A DNA stretch of 48,783 nucleotides from Candidatus Aenigmatarchaeota archaeon (GTDB lineage: Archaea > Aenigmatarchaeota > Aenigmatarchaeia > QMZP01 > QMZT01): assembly GCA_043808015.1 (NCBI GenBank), contig JAZDFI010000034.1, positions 1 through 48,783 on the forward strand, in the 5' to 3' direction. Shown one piece after another: positions 48,671-48,783 of the stretch. Position 1 is the first letter of the stretch. Each line of letters begins with the position of its first letter. The notes below the pieces were generated by a model that was not told the origin of the DNA, ran no database searches, and saw nothing but the letters and a program-made list of their open reading frames with translations. Both the position numbers and the translations under genes were made by a program.

Positions 48671-48783
48671 GAATAATATAAGGGCGGCTACTTAAAATCC
48701 TTGCCCGGAACCGCGCGAAAAAATCGAGGCTAAATCCACGTAAAATGGCTTTAAAAAGCTATCGCCTCAAAGGCTGGGGATAT

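Overview
Archaeal chromosomal segment. It carries TBP, an archaeal-type LeuRS, an intron-containing tRNA-Arg(UCU), an archaeal type IV pilin and TATA-like promoters. Gene content suggests a DPANN lineage, possibly Aenigmarchaeota-like; this taxonomy is inference. Housekeeping and transport genes are ftsZ, corA, an MFS and an OPT transporter, a type II PanK, glyA-thyX, trxB-gdhA-trxA, tsaC, alkD, tbp, leuS and a TRAM protein. The centre (21.4-38.7 kb) is a 17 kb cell-surface locus: two giant membrane-anchored Cys/Asp-repeat proteins, a pilin, and four mosaic secreted paralogs. The paralogs share an N-terminal module that looks like half a beta-sandwich, whose missing half appears to sit at the N-terminus of one anchored protein; one paralog ends in two tandem Hint domains. 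Other highlights: (1) an AT-rich free-standing LAGLIDADG endonuclease gene that appears to have replaced the 3' end of the tetraether synthase (tes) gene, leaving a remnant of the old 3' end behind it; (2) a degenerate bacterial sigma70-like protein between tbp and tRNA-Arg; (3) a 30-bp palindrome between a GbsR/MarR regulator and tes; (4) a 44-aa Cys-rich microprotein missed by the ORF track. All family calls come from motif recognition by eye; no searches were run.
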